Positions 13,201 to 24,300 of a stretch of 64,000 bases of DNA are shown here, piece after piece. The notes below the pieces were generated by a model, which saw only the letters and a list, made by a program, of their open reading frames with translations, did no database searches and was not told the origin of the DNA. A program made the translations under genes and the position numbers. Each line of letters opens with the position of its first letter. The first letter of the stretch is position 1. The stretch spans positions 3,348,001-3,412,000 of the forward strand of contig OX337229.1 in NCBI GenBank assembly GCA_946965045.2, read 5' to 3'. The DNA is from Epithemia pelagica (taxonomy: Eukaryota; Protista; Bacillariophyta).

Positions 13201-16200
13201 AGAAAATAAGAGTGGCCCGATGCTTCGTAGCACAGAAGGGGTATGTACAATTTGCGATAAAGATCGACACACGACGGAAAATTTCGAGAAACCGCGAGAC
13301 AGTGCTCCATGTACCTCGAGGCAAAAGTGTAATCTTGTTGGTCAAGGCGACGGTTTCCTGCAACTGTCACATTGGAACAAATTGTTTGCCGTAGCCATGA
13401 GTCATGCCATATGAAGTGGGACATGAAATCGAGAACATCAGAGAGCACGATGGATCTCTTTGATACAAGCGCAGTACAATAATCTCTCAACGGTTGCACA
13501 TTCACCCGATCCATAGAGTCCCCCTCTGCATTACCTAGCACGTCTTTCATCCGGGATGCTATAACCGCAGATAAAGGTATAGGTTCCATTCGAAACAAAA
13601 TGGACCTCGCTGCAACCTGACATATGAGCTCCATAAAAATAGGTGACGCCCCGCCGCTCATAGTGCGTAGAGAATGCAACAGAAGGGACGATGCCGGAAC
13701 CGAAGCAGACACTTCAACTCTCGTTTCTTTCCATATTTTGGCACATTCCATCCATTCTTGAATTCCGAACGACGTGCCCGAGGTCAACCGAAGGGCATCC
13801 AAAAATTCATCGAGGCAGTCACTGTGAAGTCCATCAATCCAGCAAAATGCTTCATGCTCCAGGTCCTCGATTGGACACCCTGTCGAAGTATCCCGTATTG
13901 ACAATATGAGCACCAGAGTCTTTCTGGTTACGTCATACACCGACCTCGACTTGGTCTTGAGAAGAAACTTGAAAAGTGGTGTAGCTGACATGACGGACAC
14001 GGATGACTCGTTCCTCGGGTTAACATTTAACAGTTCGTATAAAGTGTGAAGTAGCTTTGATTGTAGGAAAGTCGACGACCGGAGTAGTTGTTCCTCATTT
14101 GGAATAAGTTTCAACCAATCATAGTTTGCCTCGGCTACCCATGAAGGGAAAAGGTGAGACGCTTGTACCAATGCGTCGGCCGCCCTTGCAAAGAGGATGG
14201 GGTTTGGTGACATGCTTGCCGGTCCATGTTCCTGGAACAAGACTACGATGGAGCGTATCTCTGGCATTCTTTCTTGAGTCACTTTTTCCATAATTGTTGC
14301 CTTTAGAGTGTCTTGTTCATCGTCCTGATCTTTACTCCATTCTTTCAGGCGCCGAAGCATACCAATAATCATGCGAAGCACCTCAGCAACCACCAAGAAA
14401 TTCGTACTCCGCAACAGTTTGGTAACAAGGTTCTTCTTGCACACCGACGGGACCAAGGCTTTCAGTGTTTCGATTGGACCCACCTTTTTAAAAAAGCACT
14501 GTTCTAGTGGGGGAGCTCGCAAAAGTATTTTGGACATGAAATGAAGCCTTGTCACGGTCGCGATGTGATTTTTTGGATCGGGTAGGGTAAGCTCTGACAA
14601 AAAGTCTGGGACAAGTGTTGGAGAGATTTCCAGACAGTGTTGTACAAAGTTGTGTTGCGACAGTCCACTTTTAGTCCCATCCACAAGGGCAAGCAACATC
14701 CGCACTAGCGACTGGCCGGTTTTTCTGGAATGTAAGGGATCATATTCGATTGCTTGAAGAAATGGAGATTCCTTTTTGTTCATGGCCACTGTGTAGAGAA
14801 AGCCCTGTGCTGTCTCTGCAATACATTTGATCGGATCCATAGGACTCGTCATGTCACTGTCTATTGTTTCCGTAATTGCATCCAATTTCCTTGGCATGGG
14901 AGATAGTAGGGACAGATGAACCAAATGTACAACAAAATCTCCAGATACTAACATGCGTGTATGGTTCTTCCTCATACCAGGACGAGTCTGTCCGTGTAAG
15001 TTTTGCTTGATTAATCGTAGAATCAATGAAAGATAGAAAGATAGTTTTGTTTCCGTGTTTGAATAAAGAGACTTGTTTAAGCCAAAGGCTTCTTTGCAGA
15101 CCAAGTACAACAGCCCGGATGGGACTATGGCTTGGTTGCCACGACTTCCCGGGGAGGAGATGCATGTGAGAATCATGGAATCTTGATAGGACAACAAGAC
15201 AGTGACAAGTTTTACCAGTTGAACTCGGGCCATGTCACGAGCCGTCGTCGTGTTCTCGAGTGGGAGTTTGTACGGCGATCGGATCAAAAAGCGCAAAATC
15301 CCTTCGCGGAGGCGTTCTTGTTCCAAGGAACGTGCCAAGTGCCGTGCCGTCGAAAGATTGGTTTGCGCCAAATGGACGAGCAGGGTCATGATATGTGGTG
15401 TCAATGGCCCGCATCCACCTTCTACCGTACTTTTGCCCTTTCCACCACCCGTTTCTTGTTGCAGCAAGTGAAAGAGATCTCCCAGTCGTCGTTTCAAAAC
15501 ACTGGACACAAGAGCAGTGTACGATGACGATGAGACGGAACCAGGTCCCTCCAATCCTTCTTTGTCCTCTTCGTCATTTTCCTGATACAACATGTTACGG
15601 AGACGTTCGATAGGAATTGCGCACGATACAATTTCTACCAATGCCTTGAGATAGTATTCGGAGAGTTTGGCGGCAAGTTTGAACTTTTTCTGCCGCATGA
15701 ACAATGTATGAATGGGCCCTGATTTCTCGAGACCAGGGACCAAGTGATCCTCCACAAATTCGGCAGCATTGGGTGACTTTTCGAGATACGCCAATAGTAG
15801 ACCACAGGGCCATTGATTCTTGACAATTCGTCCCTTGTCTTTGGCTGATGATATCGACGTACCAACGAATGGTACATTGTAGTTTGCAGTATCTTCCTTC
15901 CACGATTCGTCGTCTTTCTTGGATCGTTTCTTTCCAGTGCGTTGCGACTCTTTCATCTCATCATATTCGTCGTCGTCGTCATCGTCGTAGTAGTTGTCAT
16001 TTTGCGGATTAGACTCAAAGGCGGCGGCAAGGCTCCCCAAGGCCAGCGTTTTTTCCGATTGAACAATCGTCACAAAGCGACGAAGCACTTTGAGAATGGC
16101 TCTGGGATCGTCCCCATTCAGAATGGAACAAAGCTCTGTCGCTCCCAGTGGCGTTGGTGGTGCATTGGGTATTCCTGCAGGAGAGTCGTCGTCCGATGGC

Positions 16201-16217
16201 CTTGGTCGTTTCGACAT
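10269..16217 (-). CDS. URB1: Nucleolar pre-ribosomal-associated protein 1 (Npa1/URB1)
   Basis: Intronless 1982-aa helical protein; C-terminal NopRA1-like segment (YSPGFLLPLAL...KGVLALTIASL...DVRRVA...LNRYFL). Confidence 0.8.
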   Translation of the reverse strand: MSKRPRPSDDDSPAGIPNAPPTPLGATELCSILNGDDPRAILKVLRRFVTIVQSEKTLALGSLAAAFESNPQNDNYYDDDDDDEYDEMKESQRTGKKRSKKDDESWKEDTANYNVPFVGTSISSAKDKGRIVKNQWPCGLLLAYLEKSPNAAEFVEDHLVPGLEKSGPIHTLFMRQKKFKLAAKLSEYYLKALVEIVSCAIPIERLRNMLYQENDEEDKEGLEGPGSVSSSSYTALVSSVLKRRLGDLFHLLQQETGGGKGKSTVEGGCGPLTPHIMTLLVHLAQTNLSTARHLARSLEQERLREGILRFLIRSPYKLPLENTTTARDMARVQLVKLVTVLLSYQDSMILTCISSPGSRGNQAIVPSGLLYLVCKEAFGLNKSLYSNTETKLSFYLSLILRLIKQNLHGQTRPGMRKNHTRMLVSGDFVVHLVHLSLLSPMPRKLDAITETIDSDMTSPMDPIKCIAETAQGFLYTVAMNKKESPFLQAIEYDPLHSRKTGQSLVRMLLALVDGTKSGLSQHNFVQHCLEISPTLVPDFLSELTLPDPKNHIATVTRLHFMSKILLRAPPLEQCFFKKVGPIETLKALVPSVCKKNLVTKLLRSTNFLVVAEVLRMIIGMLRRLKEWSKDQDDEQDTLKATIMEKVTQERMPEIRSIVVLFQEHGPASMSPNPILFARAADALVQASHLFPSWVAEANYDWLKLIPNEEQLLRSSTFLQSKLLHTLYELLNVNPRNESSVSVMSATPLFKFLLKTKSRSVYDVTRKTLVLILSIRDTSTGCPIEDLEHEAFCWIDGLHSDCLDEFLDALRLTSGTSFGIQEWMECAKIWKETRVEVSASVPASSLLLHSLRTMSGGASPIFMELICQVAARSILFRMEPIPLSAVIASRMKDVLGNAEGDSMDRVNVQPLRDYCTALVSKRSIVLSDVLDFMSHFIWHDSWLRQTICSNVTVAGNRRLDQQDYTFASRYMEHCLAVSRNFPSCVDLYRKLYIPLLCYEASGHSYFLRYLMNTSSETSTSKKSSLTLFLIISSCQEDKKIEHGDLSFESSFLEEVLTWFVSASFCSYRSLLERLLSILSSDMATLTSINPMIAPCIVRHLESFIAQAIPGVHEEKERNLADALFRAWERLHTKENIDVLTSIQDALGSILQSRSKMSNDLCLLMESAPSESVVARALTIEHMRAPESKGSRKLFSELLIEADSVRYSSAVVNMLMSKDAKNTDEALFSSKTLPTAIKCLESTEEKQNAALVILKASSSSDHHWKLAQSVLCDALLCFSVETLSLCPESDLEELGRTLSSLLRASSGSTMAVIKLASKTFIVCRTKQLNSKSMDLLGANVLSTLCTTTEKSLRKDKRDRISALSLDCLESLCGLWTYCLSNGKINIVSEEIVAPLVRLVRSSVKYAMGKENEGYPDESSRQQCLRLVLLTVMDPSSCQISVVLGRSYNSLVFQWITSHSSFRDTLSQNTSSSLKVSILRILLTSLSSTIIVPFEPEVWSSILSGYTASMSLPDRLTRRILYVYSKTDSKNDVCRMSNVCWGSHGRRQNDNRDSWEWLPFSIDMSRVHATLESFPYTDTLEPVSSDNLALPVASVKEDAEEEDIRYSPGFLLPLALSALEAAPESDVTGFYPTKREEYQCRLLQKLCDKGVLALTIASLCCECADVRRVAVAVLSYASVLIRCENAQKLSSWRDRPQIELILDSTRRALLREAMESSTSLEEVFPVPSHVVMVPPPCAIFLAKASLILSSPRDDLYPSLNRYFLRIDIDHGAVQDIHRFPCFVPLFCSSTTTENIAFKERYWAVETFRDGFINEACFRPMMGCHAFELLLTRLEVSTVLNAAEFDMLVSAVSRVVERCGQHGLSHLVRKVGLLAWLSSSFIAGRLIPEHLTGLTNVLNLLSLVFDRCHCLLSSKEIVVTIRGLPEAILREYRKSCDISRNRDGEKDTTLAAFQRVLLQLKECYEQVDDNDDGSVIGIRIPLNLTF

Positions 16218-16455
16218 GGTCGGTTTCCCGGGCGAGGTTCATGGTCGGGAATCCTCCTCCCTTTGGATCTTTGATGGGTGTTCTAACAGGTTATGAGGAC
16301 CATACAACTTTTTACGCCTTAGCATTCATGGGTGTGATAATAAAATGAGTGTATCAAATTTAGGAATCCCTGAATGCTAGAAAGTTTTAAATTGCATGAC
16401 AGATGGAACCTTTGCGTAAAAAGGAACACGACGCAGAACAAAATTGCAGCCGACA

Positions 16456-18639
16456 ATGGCAGAAGATGGATCGCTGCTGCAAGAAGCTCTGAAACACAAC
16501 AACAATGACTCCAATCGGAGCGCCTTGCTAGTCGATGTGTATTTGTTAAGCAATGAGGAAGACGAGAAATTCTCATTGGCCCATCATTTGCAGGCTCTCG
16601 CCGAGACGTGTGGTGACTTGAACCGTTCCCTTCAAGGTCGAACCTATCCATGGTTTCAAGGCGGCGATGGACCCGTCTTTGGGATTCATGTGTCTTCGTT
16701 ACCAGAAGGTACCAAAACAGTGCCTCATTTGCGAGCTCAGTGTCGGTATGGATCCTCGGTTGCCGATGAATGGACCATGATTGAATTCTTGTTGGACTAC
16801 ACCACCAAAGCCACAACCGCCACTAGACCATTCTCACTGGTCGTGGAATGTACGGATGTGGAGGATGGACAAATTCTGCTGATTCAAGCGGCAGAGTACC
16901 TGCCGAGCTGGGTCGATCACATTGGTTCGGCCCTTTGTCAGCATCGATGTTGGATCATGGACGGACAGGTACATTTGATTGAACCAGAGGCATGCTCGCT
17001 CCAGGAGTTTCCTCGCGACCAAACACAAAAACTGTTGCTCCATTTGGATCAAGCATTGACATTGATAAAAGAGCGATCCAAACTCGTACAACCCAATTGG
17101 GCCATTACGGATTGTATCCATCGAACGGTAGCCGCCAAAACAACCAACCAGTGCCACCTTCACAAGGCCGCCATTGCCGTTCCTCGTCCCCTGAAACATG
17201 TTTTGGAGCGTCGACCGGATTTGTTGGCTGTCCTTGTCCAGGCCTTTGCCAATCACTGTCATGATACACTTCCCAAATCCAAAATGGATCTTTCTTGCTC
17301 GGAAGAATGGGTCTGGATGACCCATGAGTTTGGTCGAACCGGCTATGCCATGCTTCGTTCCATTGTTGCAACACCGGCTTGGAAAACTGAATTTAGCATT
17401 CCTCCTCGATACCAGGCGCCACAAGTGAAACGCCTACAACGACAATGCCAGAACCAAACCACTCCACATCTCCGTCATGGTCTCGTGCTGGGTGTTCGAT
17501 TGGTGGCCGGTGTCGATGCCCTCTTGCGTGTCCAGCAGGACCAACAAACAAAGAAGAAGGATCCCAACATCCGTAATAATAATACGCCACAAGAAATCAC
17601 CCCGGATCAACGAGTGAACCAATTATGGCCTGCCATTGCCCAACTCTGTCAACGTGGCCGTGGTGCAAAGAACGAAAGTGTGGGTGAACAAATCCAAACT
17701 GCCTGGAGGGAGGGACCCAACAAGGCTGATTTGGACCTGAGTCCGTTTCTCAAGTGTCCGATTTATGCATTAGAGGTGGAGGACGCTGTCACACCCTTGT
17801 CGAATCCAGGACTCTCGGTCGTGGACCAGATTCAACAAGAGCTACGTCGGTCGACAGCGGCGGCTGATGATTCCGACGCGGGTAATTTTTTGTCGAGTCC
17901 TCCACCGTCAGCCCAAGACGTGGACGGGGACGATTGGATGACTCTTCCCACTCCGGACGAAATGGAAGAACAAGTACGATTGGATCCGTCACCTAAACAA
18001 AAGGTGTCCGACGTCAAGGAAGCAACCGGACCAGACCTGGGGAAAGATTTCCGCAACATGTTGGATAGTGTACAAACATTCATGGCCAATCGCAGCTCCT
18101 ACGAAGGAGTATCCAACCTTGCCCAAAATCAAACCACAGTGGAGCAATCTGACAAGGACTGGAGTATCAATCCACGAATCTTTCTCAATCTTTTGCACCG
18201 TACGCTGCAGGCGAACACAGGACAAGAAGTGGAGGACATGTTATTGCAATCGAATCCAACACAAGTGGGGGGAGATGAATACTTTTCTTCTCAAGACTAC
18301 GACATGGTGACGGACGACAATGACGACGACAGCGAAAACGCCAAGGATACCGACAAGGCGACAGTGGAAATGATGCATGCCATGGACCAGGAACTGGAGG
18401 GGAAACAAAACATGGGTCGTACTCAAGACACCTTTGGAATTGAAAGTGGCACAGACGACGAAGGAGTCGACATTCACCTCTTGTCCAATTTGTTGAAATC
18501 CCTGGAAGCGAGCAGTGGAATGCCAGGGCCAGTCAACAGTCTCATGACACAAATGGGCCAGGTACCTCCCTGGATTCCGCCACCATCCGTGGAGGTGGAC
18601 GACAGTGACAATGACTCATCCGACACTCTTGGCGGTTGA
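16456..18639 (+). CDS. ECD: Ecdysoneless/SGT1-family protein
   Basis: N-terminal LRAQCRYGSSVADEWTMIEFL and EDGQILLIQAAEYLPSW motifs; C-terminal LLSNLLKSLEASSGMPGPVNSLM; first ATG at 16456. Confidence 0.88.
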   Translation: MAEDGSLLQEALKHNNNDSNRSALLVDVYLLSNEEDEKFSLAHHLQALAETCGDLNRSLQGRTYPWFQGGDGPVFGIHVSSLPEGTKTVPHLRAQCRYGSSVADEWTMIEFLLDYTTKATTATRPFSLVVECTDVEDGQILLIQAAEYLPSWVDHIGSALCQHRCWIMDGQVHLIEPEACSLQEFPRDQTQKLLLHLDQALTLIKERSKLVQPNWAITDCIHRTVAAKTTNQCHLHKAAIAVPRPLKHVLERRPDLLAVLVQAFANHCHDTLPKSKMDLSCSEEWVWMTHEFGRTGYAMLRSIVATPAWKTEFSIPPRYQAPQVKRLQRQCQNQTTPHLRHGLVLGVRLVAGVDALLRVQQDQQTKKKDPNIRNNNTPQEITPDQRVNQLWPAIAQLCQRGRGAKNESVGEQIQTAWREGPNKADLDLSPFLKCPIYALEVEDAVTPLSNPGLSVVDQIQQELRRSTAAADDSDAGNFLSSPPPSAQDVDGDDWMTLPTPDEMEEQVRLDPSPKQKVSDVKEATGPDLGKDFRNMLDSVQTFMANRSSYEGVSNLAQNQTTVEQSDKDWSINPRIFLNLLHRTLQANTGQEVEDMLLQSNPTQVGGDEYFSSQDYDMVTDDNDDDSENAKDTDKATVEMMHAMDQELEGKQNMGRTQDTFGIESGTDDEGVDIHLLSNLLKSLEASSGMPGPVNSLMTQMGQVPPWIPPPSVEVDDSDNDSSDTLGG

Positions 18640-18941
18640 CGAAAATTGCATCTTTGTTGTTGACATAAGCTGTTGCATCTATATTGTTGACATGGTCAAG
18701 GTAGCTGTTGGGCAGGCTCAAGAAAAGTCGAGACATTGGCAGGTTCAACAGCAGCCTACCTAGATTTATTTTGGGTTGGCTCAAATGCGCTTAAGAAGCA
18801 CATAGTGGTCTACCTCGCTCCATATCAGCATCGTCCTCAAAAGGTTGGCTGAACGAATAAGAACCACGAATCGAGCTATTACGACATGTGACTCTTGTCT
18901 TTGTTCACGTCCCAGAACTGCAGGTTGGTTGTGGACACGTA

Positions 18942-20003
18942 TCATGGAATCCCTTTAACGCGGTAAAACCTTTGAATTGCTTTGGTAGTTTCTCTTGCTT
19001 GTTCCCAGGGTAGGACATTTTTGCCTTGCAGTGTTTGAAGGGTGCAATCTACCATGTACTGGGCATAGTCGAGTCTCTTGGGAATGCGTGCCGTATCGAG
19101 AGAGCCTTGCAAAATCAGTGTGGGTTGTGGGAGTGATACCAGCTCGGCTTGGTACGACCGGTGAAACAAGAATCCGGCATTGAATGCTTGGACCGGAGGC
19201 CTCGCTTGTTGGCAGGCCTCGGTGAGTGCCTCGTCCAACCACATGTCGTCACAGGGGTTTTCAAACAAAAAGAGATTGGAAAACCATTGGATGGCGGTTC
19301 GTGTTTCAATGCAGGACAAGGCCAGTCCACCCAAGGGGGACCGTAAAAAGTGGTAATTTTGACCCAATTCCCGTTCCAGTACGGCCGTGGTGACCTTTTC
19401 CCATTGGGGTGGTGAAGTCAAGACCAGTGTTTGAACCATGGTAGGATTGCGAGCCGCCAACAGAATCCCAATGGGAGCCAAACCACCTTGGACGACCACG
19501 GAATACCCTCCTGGCGGAGCGTCGTCCCGTTTGGACGATTGAGATGCACTTGCGATTTGTTGTTGCATGAGAGCTTCGCCTGCCTTGACCCAGGTGAGTG
19601 GAATGGACATGCCTCGTTGATCTGGATCCCAGGCATCTCCACCATGTTGGATGCCACACCCAATGAGATCCATGGCAACCAGAGCCGGTCCTTCCCAGGT
19701 TTCCATGAATCGATTCCAGAACCACGACGAAAGTCCAATCCCAACAGGGTGAATCAACAATGTTGGCGGACGACTTTCAAAGCCCTTGGAGGGAGGCTTG
19801 TATTGGTATGCCACAGTCCATCCGTCAAACTCAAACGAGTGGATGGAAGTAGTGCCAGTCGTCTCTGCATTCGAAGTGGCCCATACCGAAAAGCTGTATT
19901 TGCTACGAATTCTCTGCGGAAACGTGAAACTAGCTACAGGGGAGGGCCATAGAAGAAGTATCCCCACGAAAGTGAAGAAGAAAAGTGAAAAGGACGAGAC
20001 CAT
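18942..20003 (-). CDS. Alpha/beta-hydrolase fold protein, probably plastid-targeted
   Basis: LLIHPVGIG, DLIGCG and PTLILQGSLD motifs; hydrophobic signal peptide followed by VASF (ASAF-like). ATG at 20003 preferred over 20027. Confidence 0.78.
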   Translation of the reverse strand: MVSSFSLFFFTFVGILLLWPSPVASFTFPQRIRSKYSFSVWATSNAETTGTTSIHSFEFDGWTVAYQYKPPSKGFESRPPTLLIHPVGIGLSSWFWNRFMETWEGPALVAMDLIGCGIQHGGDAWDPDQRGMSIPLTWVKAGEALMQQQIASASQSSKRDDAPPGGYSVVVQGGLAPIGILLAARNPTMVQTLVLTSPPQWEKVTTAVLERELGQNYHFLRSPLGGLALSCIETRTAIQWFSNLFLFENPCDDMWLDEALTEACQQARPPVQAFNAGFLFHRSYQAELVSLPQPTLILQGSLDTARIPKRLDYAQYMVDCTLQTLQGKNVLPWEQARETTKAIQRFYRVKGIP

Positions 20004-20439
20004 TGTGTATCTGCACTCTCTACACATCTGAGATGCAGAAGATCTTAAAGATCCTCTTCCCGCGTTCGGAGTTGGATCGCATATCGTATCGCGTTACAAT
20101 CGTGTATCATGATCTCTGGTCGCTGAAATTAGACCAATCACGATCACAGTGCAAGTTCTTCGGACATTTCCCGAGTCGCCTGATTCGCTGGATCTTGCTG
20201 CAATCACCTGCTTCGTCTGCGACTGCGTGTCCGTCCGACTTCCGGTTCTTGCTTCCGTGTTCGTCGAGGAATGGTTCCCGGCGCACTGCCGATGAACACT
20301 GCCGAATGGTTCTCATCCAATGAATCCCGCCAAACATGACGCATGGATCGTAGATTGGGCTGGTCTCACAAAATACAAACACGAATAAATCACTCCATCT
20401 CCATCCATCAACAACCACAACAGAACTACCTAGGTAGCC

Positions 20440-21231
20440 ATGCCGTTCCTACGAAGACAAGGCAAACAAAAAACCGCAAACAACGAGACAGGAAGAAGCA
20501 GAACGGTCGATGGTGTCCGACGAAAAGACGGTGCGGGTAAAAAGTCTCGGTCGTTGCAATTGCATGACGCCAAGCCATTTAGTGGCGTGTTTGTCAGTGA
20601 ACGAACGCTCACAACCCTCACTCCTCCCACCTCTCTGGCTTCTGTACTATCATCATCATCTTGCACCAGCTCGGAATCCCAAGAATCGGCCCTCATCCAT
20701 TGGAAATCTTCGGGCGCCAAGGGTCATCACCGGAATTCACCACTTATTGCTCCAGACCCTGACCGACTCGACGACACTGATAACAATGACAACAGTAACA
20801 ACACGAATATCGATGAGGCACAACGGCTTGGTATGGCCATGGCGCGATCCAGACATTTACCAGATACCTGGTATTACAGTTCCAATCATATTCTGGTAAA
20901 CCAAGAACGAGCCAAACGTACCGTGGCACCGCTGACACGGATGCGAGGACTGGACGAGATTGCTCGATTCCATGCCCAACAAATGGCGACAACGAATAAA
21001 CTCCATCACTTGGACCTAGAATCACTACGTCATGCACTCAAAGACTTGAATTGCCGACGCGTCGGGGCCAACGTACAACGAGGAGAATCGATTCGAAGTA
21101 TTCATGACGTCATGATGAATGCCCTTTCCAACAAAAACAATATTTTGGATAGAAGATTCACGCACATGGGAATGGGAACCGCCCTTGGACAAGATGGACA
21201 ACTGTACTTATGCCAAATATTCAGAGGATAA
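20440..21231 (+). CDS. CAP (SCP/PR-1-like) domain protein
   Basis: LVNQERAK...LDEIARFHAQQMA...NILDRRFTHMGMG...YLCQIF signature; low-complexity N-terminus without a signal peptide. Confidence 0.85.
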   Translation: MPFLRRQGKQKTANNETGRSRTVDGVRRKDGAGKKSRSLQLHDAKPFSGVFVSERTLTTLTPPTSLASVLSSSSCTSSESQESALIHWKSSGAKGHHRNSPLIAPDPDRLDDTDNNDNSNNTNIDEAQRLGMAMARSRHLPDTWYYSSNHILVNQERAKRTVAPLTRMRGLDEIARFHAQQMATTNKLHHLDLESLRHALKDLNCRRVGANVQRGESIRSIHDVMMNALSNKNNILDRRFTHMGMGTALGQDGQLYLCQIFRG

Positions 21232-21323
21232 AGAATGCTTCTGCGATGTAATATGTTAAAATAACTGTATCTCAAAATTTTGGTTCATATAGATTGTGAT
21301 CGTTTTCCTTGATCATTTCACTA

Positions 21324-24300
21324 TCATGGAATATCATTGCTTACTTCTTCGATGCGATAGCTTCGGTTGTCGACCACCGCGGTAGTCTCCGTGACTTCGC
21401 TTGTGGAAAGAAAGTCGCTCGAAAGAAGATCTTGCCGCAAGTCATTTCCTCCATACTGATTCGCGTTGCTGTCCCCACGAGACAAATACCAGGAAGCGAT
21501 CCTACTCCGTCTTCTGCTGGTTGGTTCGGGTCGTATCACGTCGGGTGGTGTGTAAAGACGCAACGACAAACTGCTCAATACAACACTCACCGAACTAAGA
21601 GCCATGGCAAGGGCTGCTACCGTGGGGGGTAACCGGCGCTGGACAAGGGGATAGAATGCACCAGCTGCCAAGGGAATACCAAGGACATTGTACAAGAGAG
21701 ACCAAATCAAATTGAGCTGAATGCGACGGAAAATGGCTCGGCTCAAATGTAAAGCAGTGCATACGTCTTCGACGTTGCCCTTGACCAAAACCAAGTCAGA
21801 AGCCTCGGCGGCAATCTCCGCCGCGGTGCCAACAGATATTCCGACATCTGCCTGAGCCAGCGCAGGGGAATCGTTAATTCCATCTCCAATCATGGCAACA
21901 AGTCGATCCTCATCTTGAAGTTTCCGAACTTGCTCCAGTTTGGCGGCCGGCAGAGCCTCAGCGATGACTCTTTGTGTGGGCAAACCTAGCTGCAACGCAA
22001 TCGCCCGCGCAGTCCTTTCATTGTCTCCAGTGACCATCCAAACATCAACATGCATCACGTCACGCAGATACTCGATTGAATCTCTGGCACCCGGTTTCAG
22101 ATCGTCCGACAAACCAAGCAGAAGAACCACCTTTTCATTGACGGCTACAAGAATTGCTGTTTTGCCCATTAACTCCATGTCTTGCATTGCCTTCTCAGCG
22201 CTTCCCGGTACATCGAAGTTACAGATTGCTGCAAACGATCTATTTCCGGCCGCAATCTTCACAGTACCAGATACGACTCCCGAAGCTCCTCGCCCGGTCA
22301 GTGCGCGAAACTCTGTGGGCTCAACAAATGGCTTGTCGCGTAGGTAGCCATCCGGAAGCTTGTCCTCCGCATAGCTCACAACTGCTTTTGCCAGTGGATG
22401 TTCAGATGTTCGTTCCAGGCACCCCAAGAGCCACAGCAGAAGTTCGTCCGTGAGATTGTCGTCGGTATCGACTCTGACAAAGTCTGTGATTGCTGGTTTC
22501 CCCCTGGTCAACGTGCCAGTTTTGTCAAAAATGACGGAGTCAACTTTGGATGCTACTTCAAGAGCCTCTCCACCTTTCATCAATACACCCAACTTTGCTC
22601 CTTGACCCGTTCCAACCATTACTGCTGTCGGTGTCGCCAAGCCCAAGGCACATGGACAGGATATGACCAAGCAAGCAATGCCGAACATTAAGCTGAATGT
22701 CACGGGGTCTTCTCCCAGGTCCTCATACCAAGAAGCAGGTACAACTTTGGACTTGCAAAGGGCATACCATGTCATGTAAGTCAAGAGTGAAATAAGACAA
22801 ACCGAAGGCACGAAAATGGACGAAACGGTATCGGCAAACGTTTGTATCGGTACAGATCGTGTTTGAGCATCTTGAACCAGTTGAATGATTTGAGCCAAGG
22901 CAGTGTCCGAACCCACACCTGTGACTTGCACAAACGAAGCTCCCACTGACGAGTCATGGGCTCCTGATTCATCACTTTCCACGCAAATGGTGCCGCCCAG
23001 CACATCGGATCCACTGGTTTTGAGCACCGGCATGCTTTCACCTGTTACCATACTTTCATCCACCGACATGGCACCAAATAAGACCCGCCCATCCGCTGGA
23101 ATGGACGATCCGCGAATCACCTTGATAACATCCCCTTTCTGTATTTCCTGTATGGAAACGACGGCTTCGGAAAAGGGATCCACCCATGGATTGAAGCCAG
23201 CACTAGGATCCTTCGAAAGTGGAGTCACTTTGACGGCCGTTTTACTTTGAAGTTGCATCAATCTCGTCAAGGCTTCACTGGTTCGTCGGACCGCCGACGC
23301 TTGTAGCCACTTTCCAGCCAAAACAAAGCAAATCAAGACGGCGGAGGTTTCAAAGAAATTTGGCGACATGGAATCACCCGATATGGCGCCTACAACAGCG
23401 TATCCATAAGCCGCCGTCGTTCCTAGCGCTACCAGTACATCCATACCTGCTCGACGACTGCGTAAATTGTAGTAGGTCATCTTGTAAAACTCAAAGCCTG
23501 CAATGAATTGTACGGGAGTGGCCAACAGCCAGAGAATAAATGCTTTGAGTTGCACACTGTGTCCAGCGACGGTGATACTATGATACAAGAATCCGTGGTG
23601 TAGCACGTGGTCGATTCCCATGGTGATGATGAGTATAGGAAGTGTCCCCACAAGACTCCACTGAAAGGCGAGACGTTTCTTTTGCACCTTTTCGGCTTGT
23701 CGTCGACTGATGCGCTGCCACCGTTCTTCCATCCCCTCGCTGATGGTGGGTCCATCAGTGGGTAGGGCTGACTTGGAATGGTGCGGAGGTGCCTGTGGAT
23801 ATTCGACTCGCTCAACCTCATATCCAATGTTTTCAATCGCTTCCGTGATTTCTTCAATCGTCGTGACTTGGCCGTCCCATGTTACATGAGCTATATCGGT
23901 TGCCAATACCACAGAGACCTTTTCCACACCCGATACGACGCCCAGCGCATTTTCAATGGCCTGCGAACACATACTGCATGTCATACCTCCTACATGAATC
24001 TCAGCTTCAATAGGCTTTGGTAGTTCCTCTTGCTCTCCTGAAACCGACAAGGGGTCCATTGTTTTTGTTTTCCCTTCCTCTAAGGTGGAGGACAATACAT
24101 TGATATGCTCGACCGAGTATCCAACAGACTCAATGGCTTCTTGAATTTGAGAAGGAGATATATTCGTGCTCTTGTCCCAGCTCACATTTGCAGAATCCGT
24201 GCCGAGGTTGATAGTTACCGACAGTATCCCCTCTAATTGCCGTACGCTACGTTCGATAGAATTGGCACAATTGATACAAGACATGCCATCAATTGAGAAC

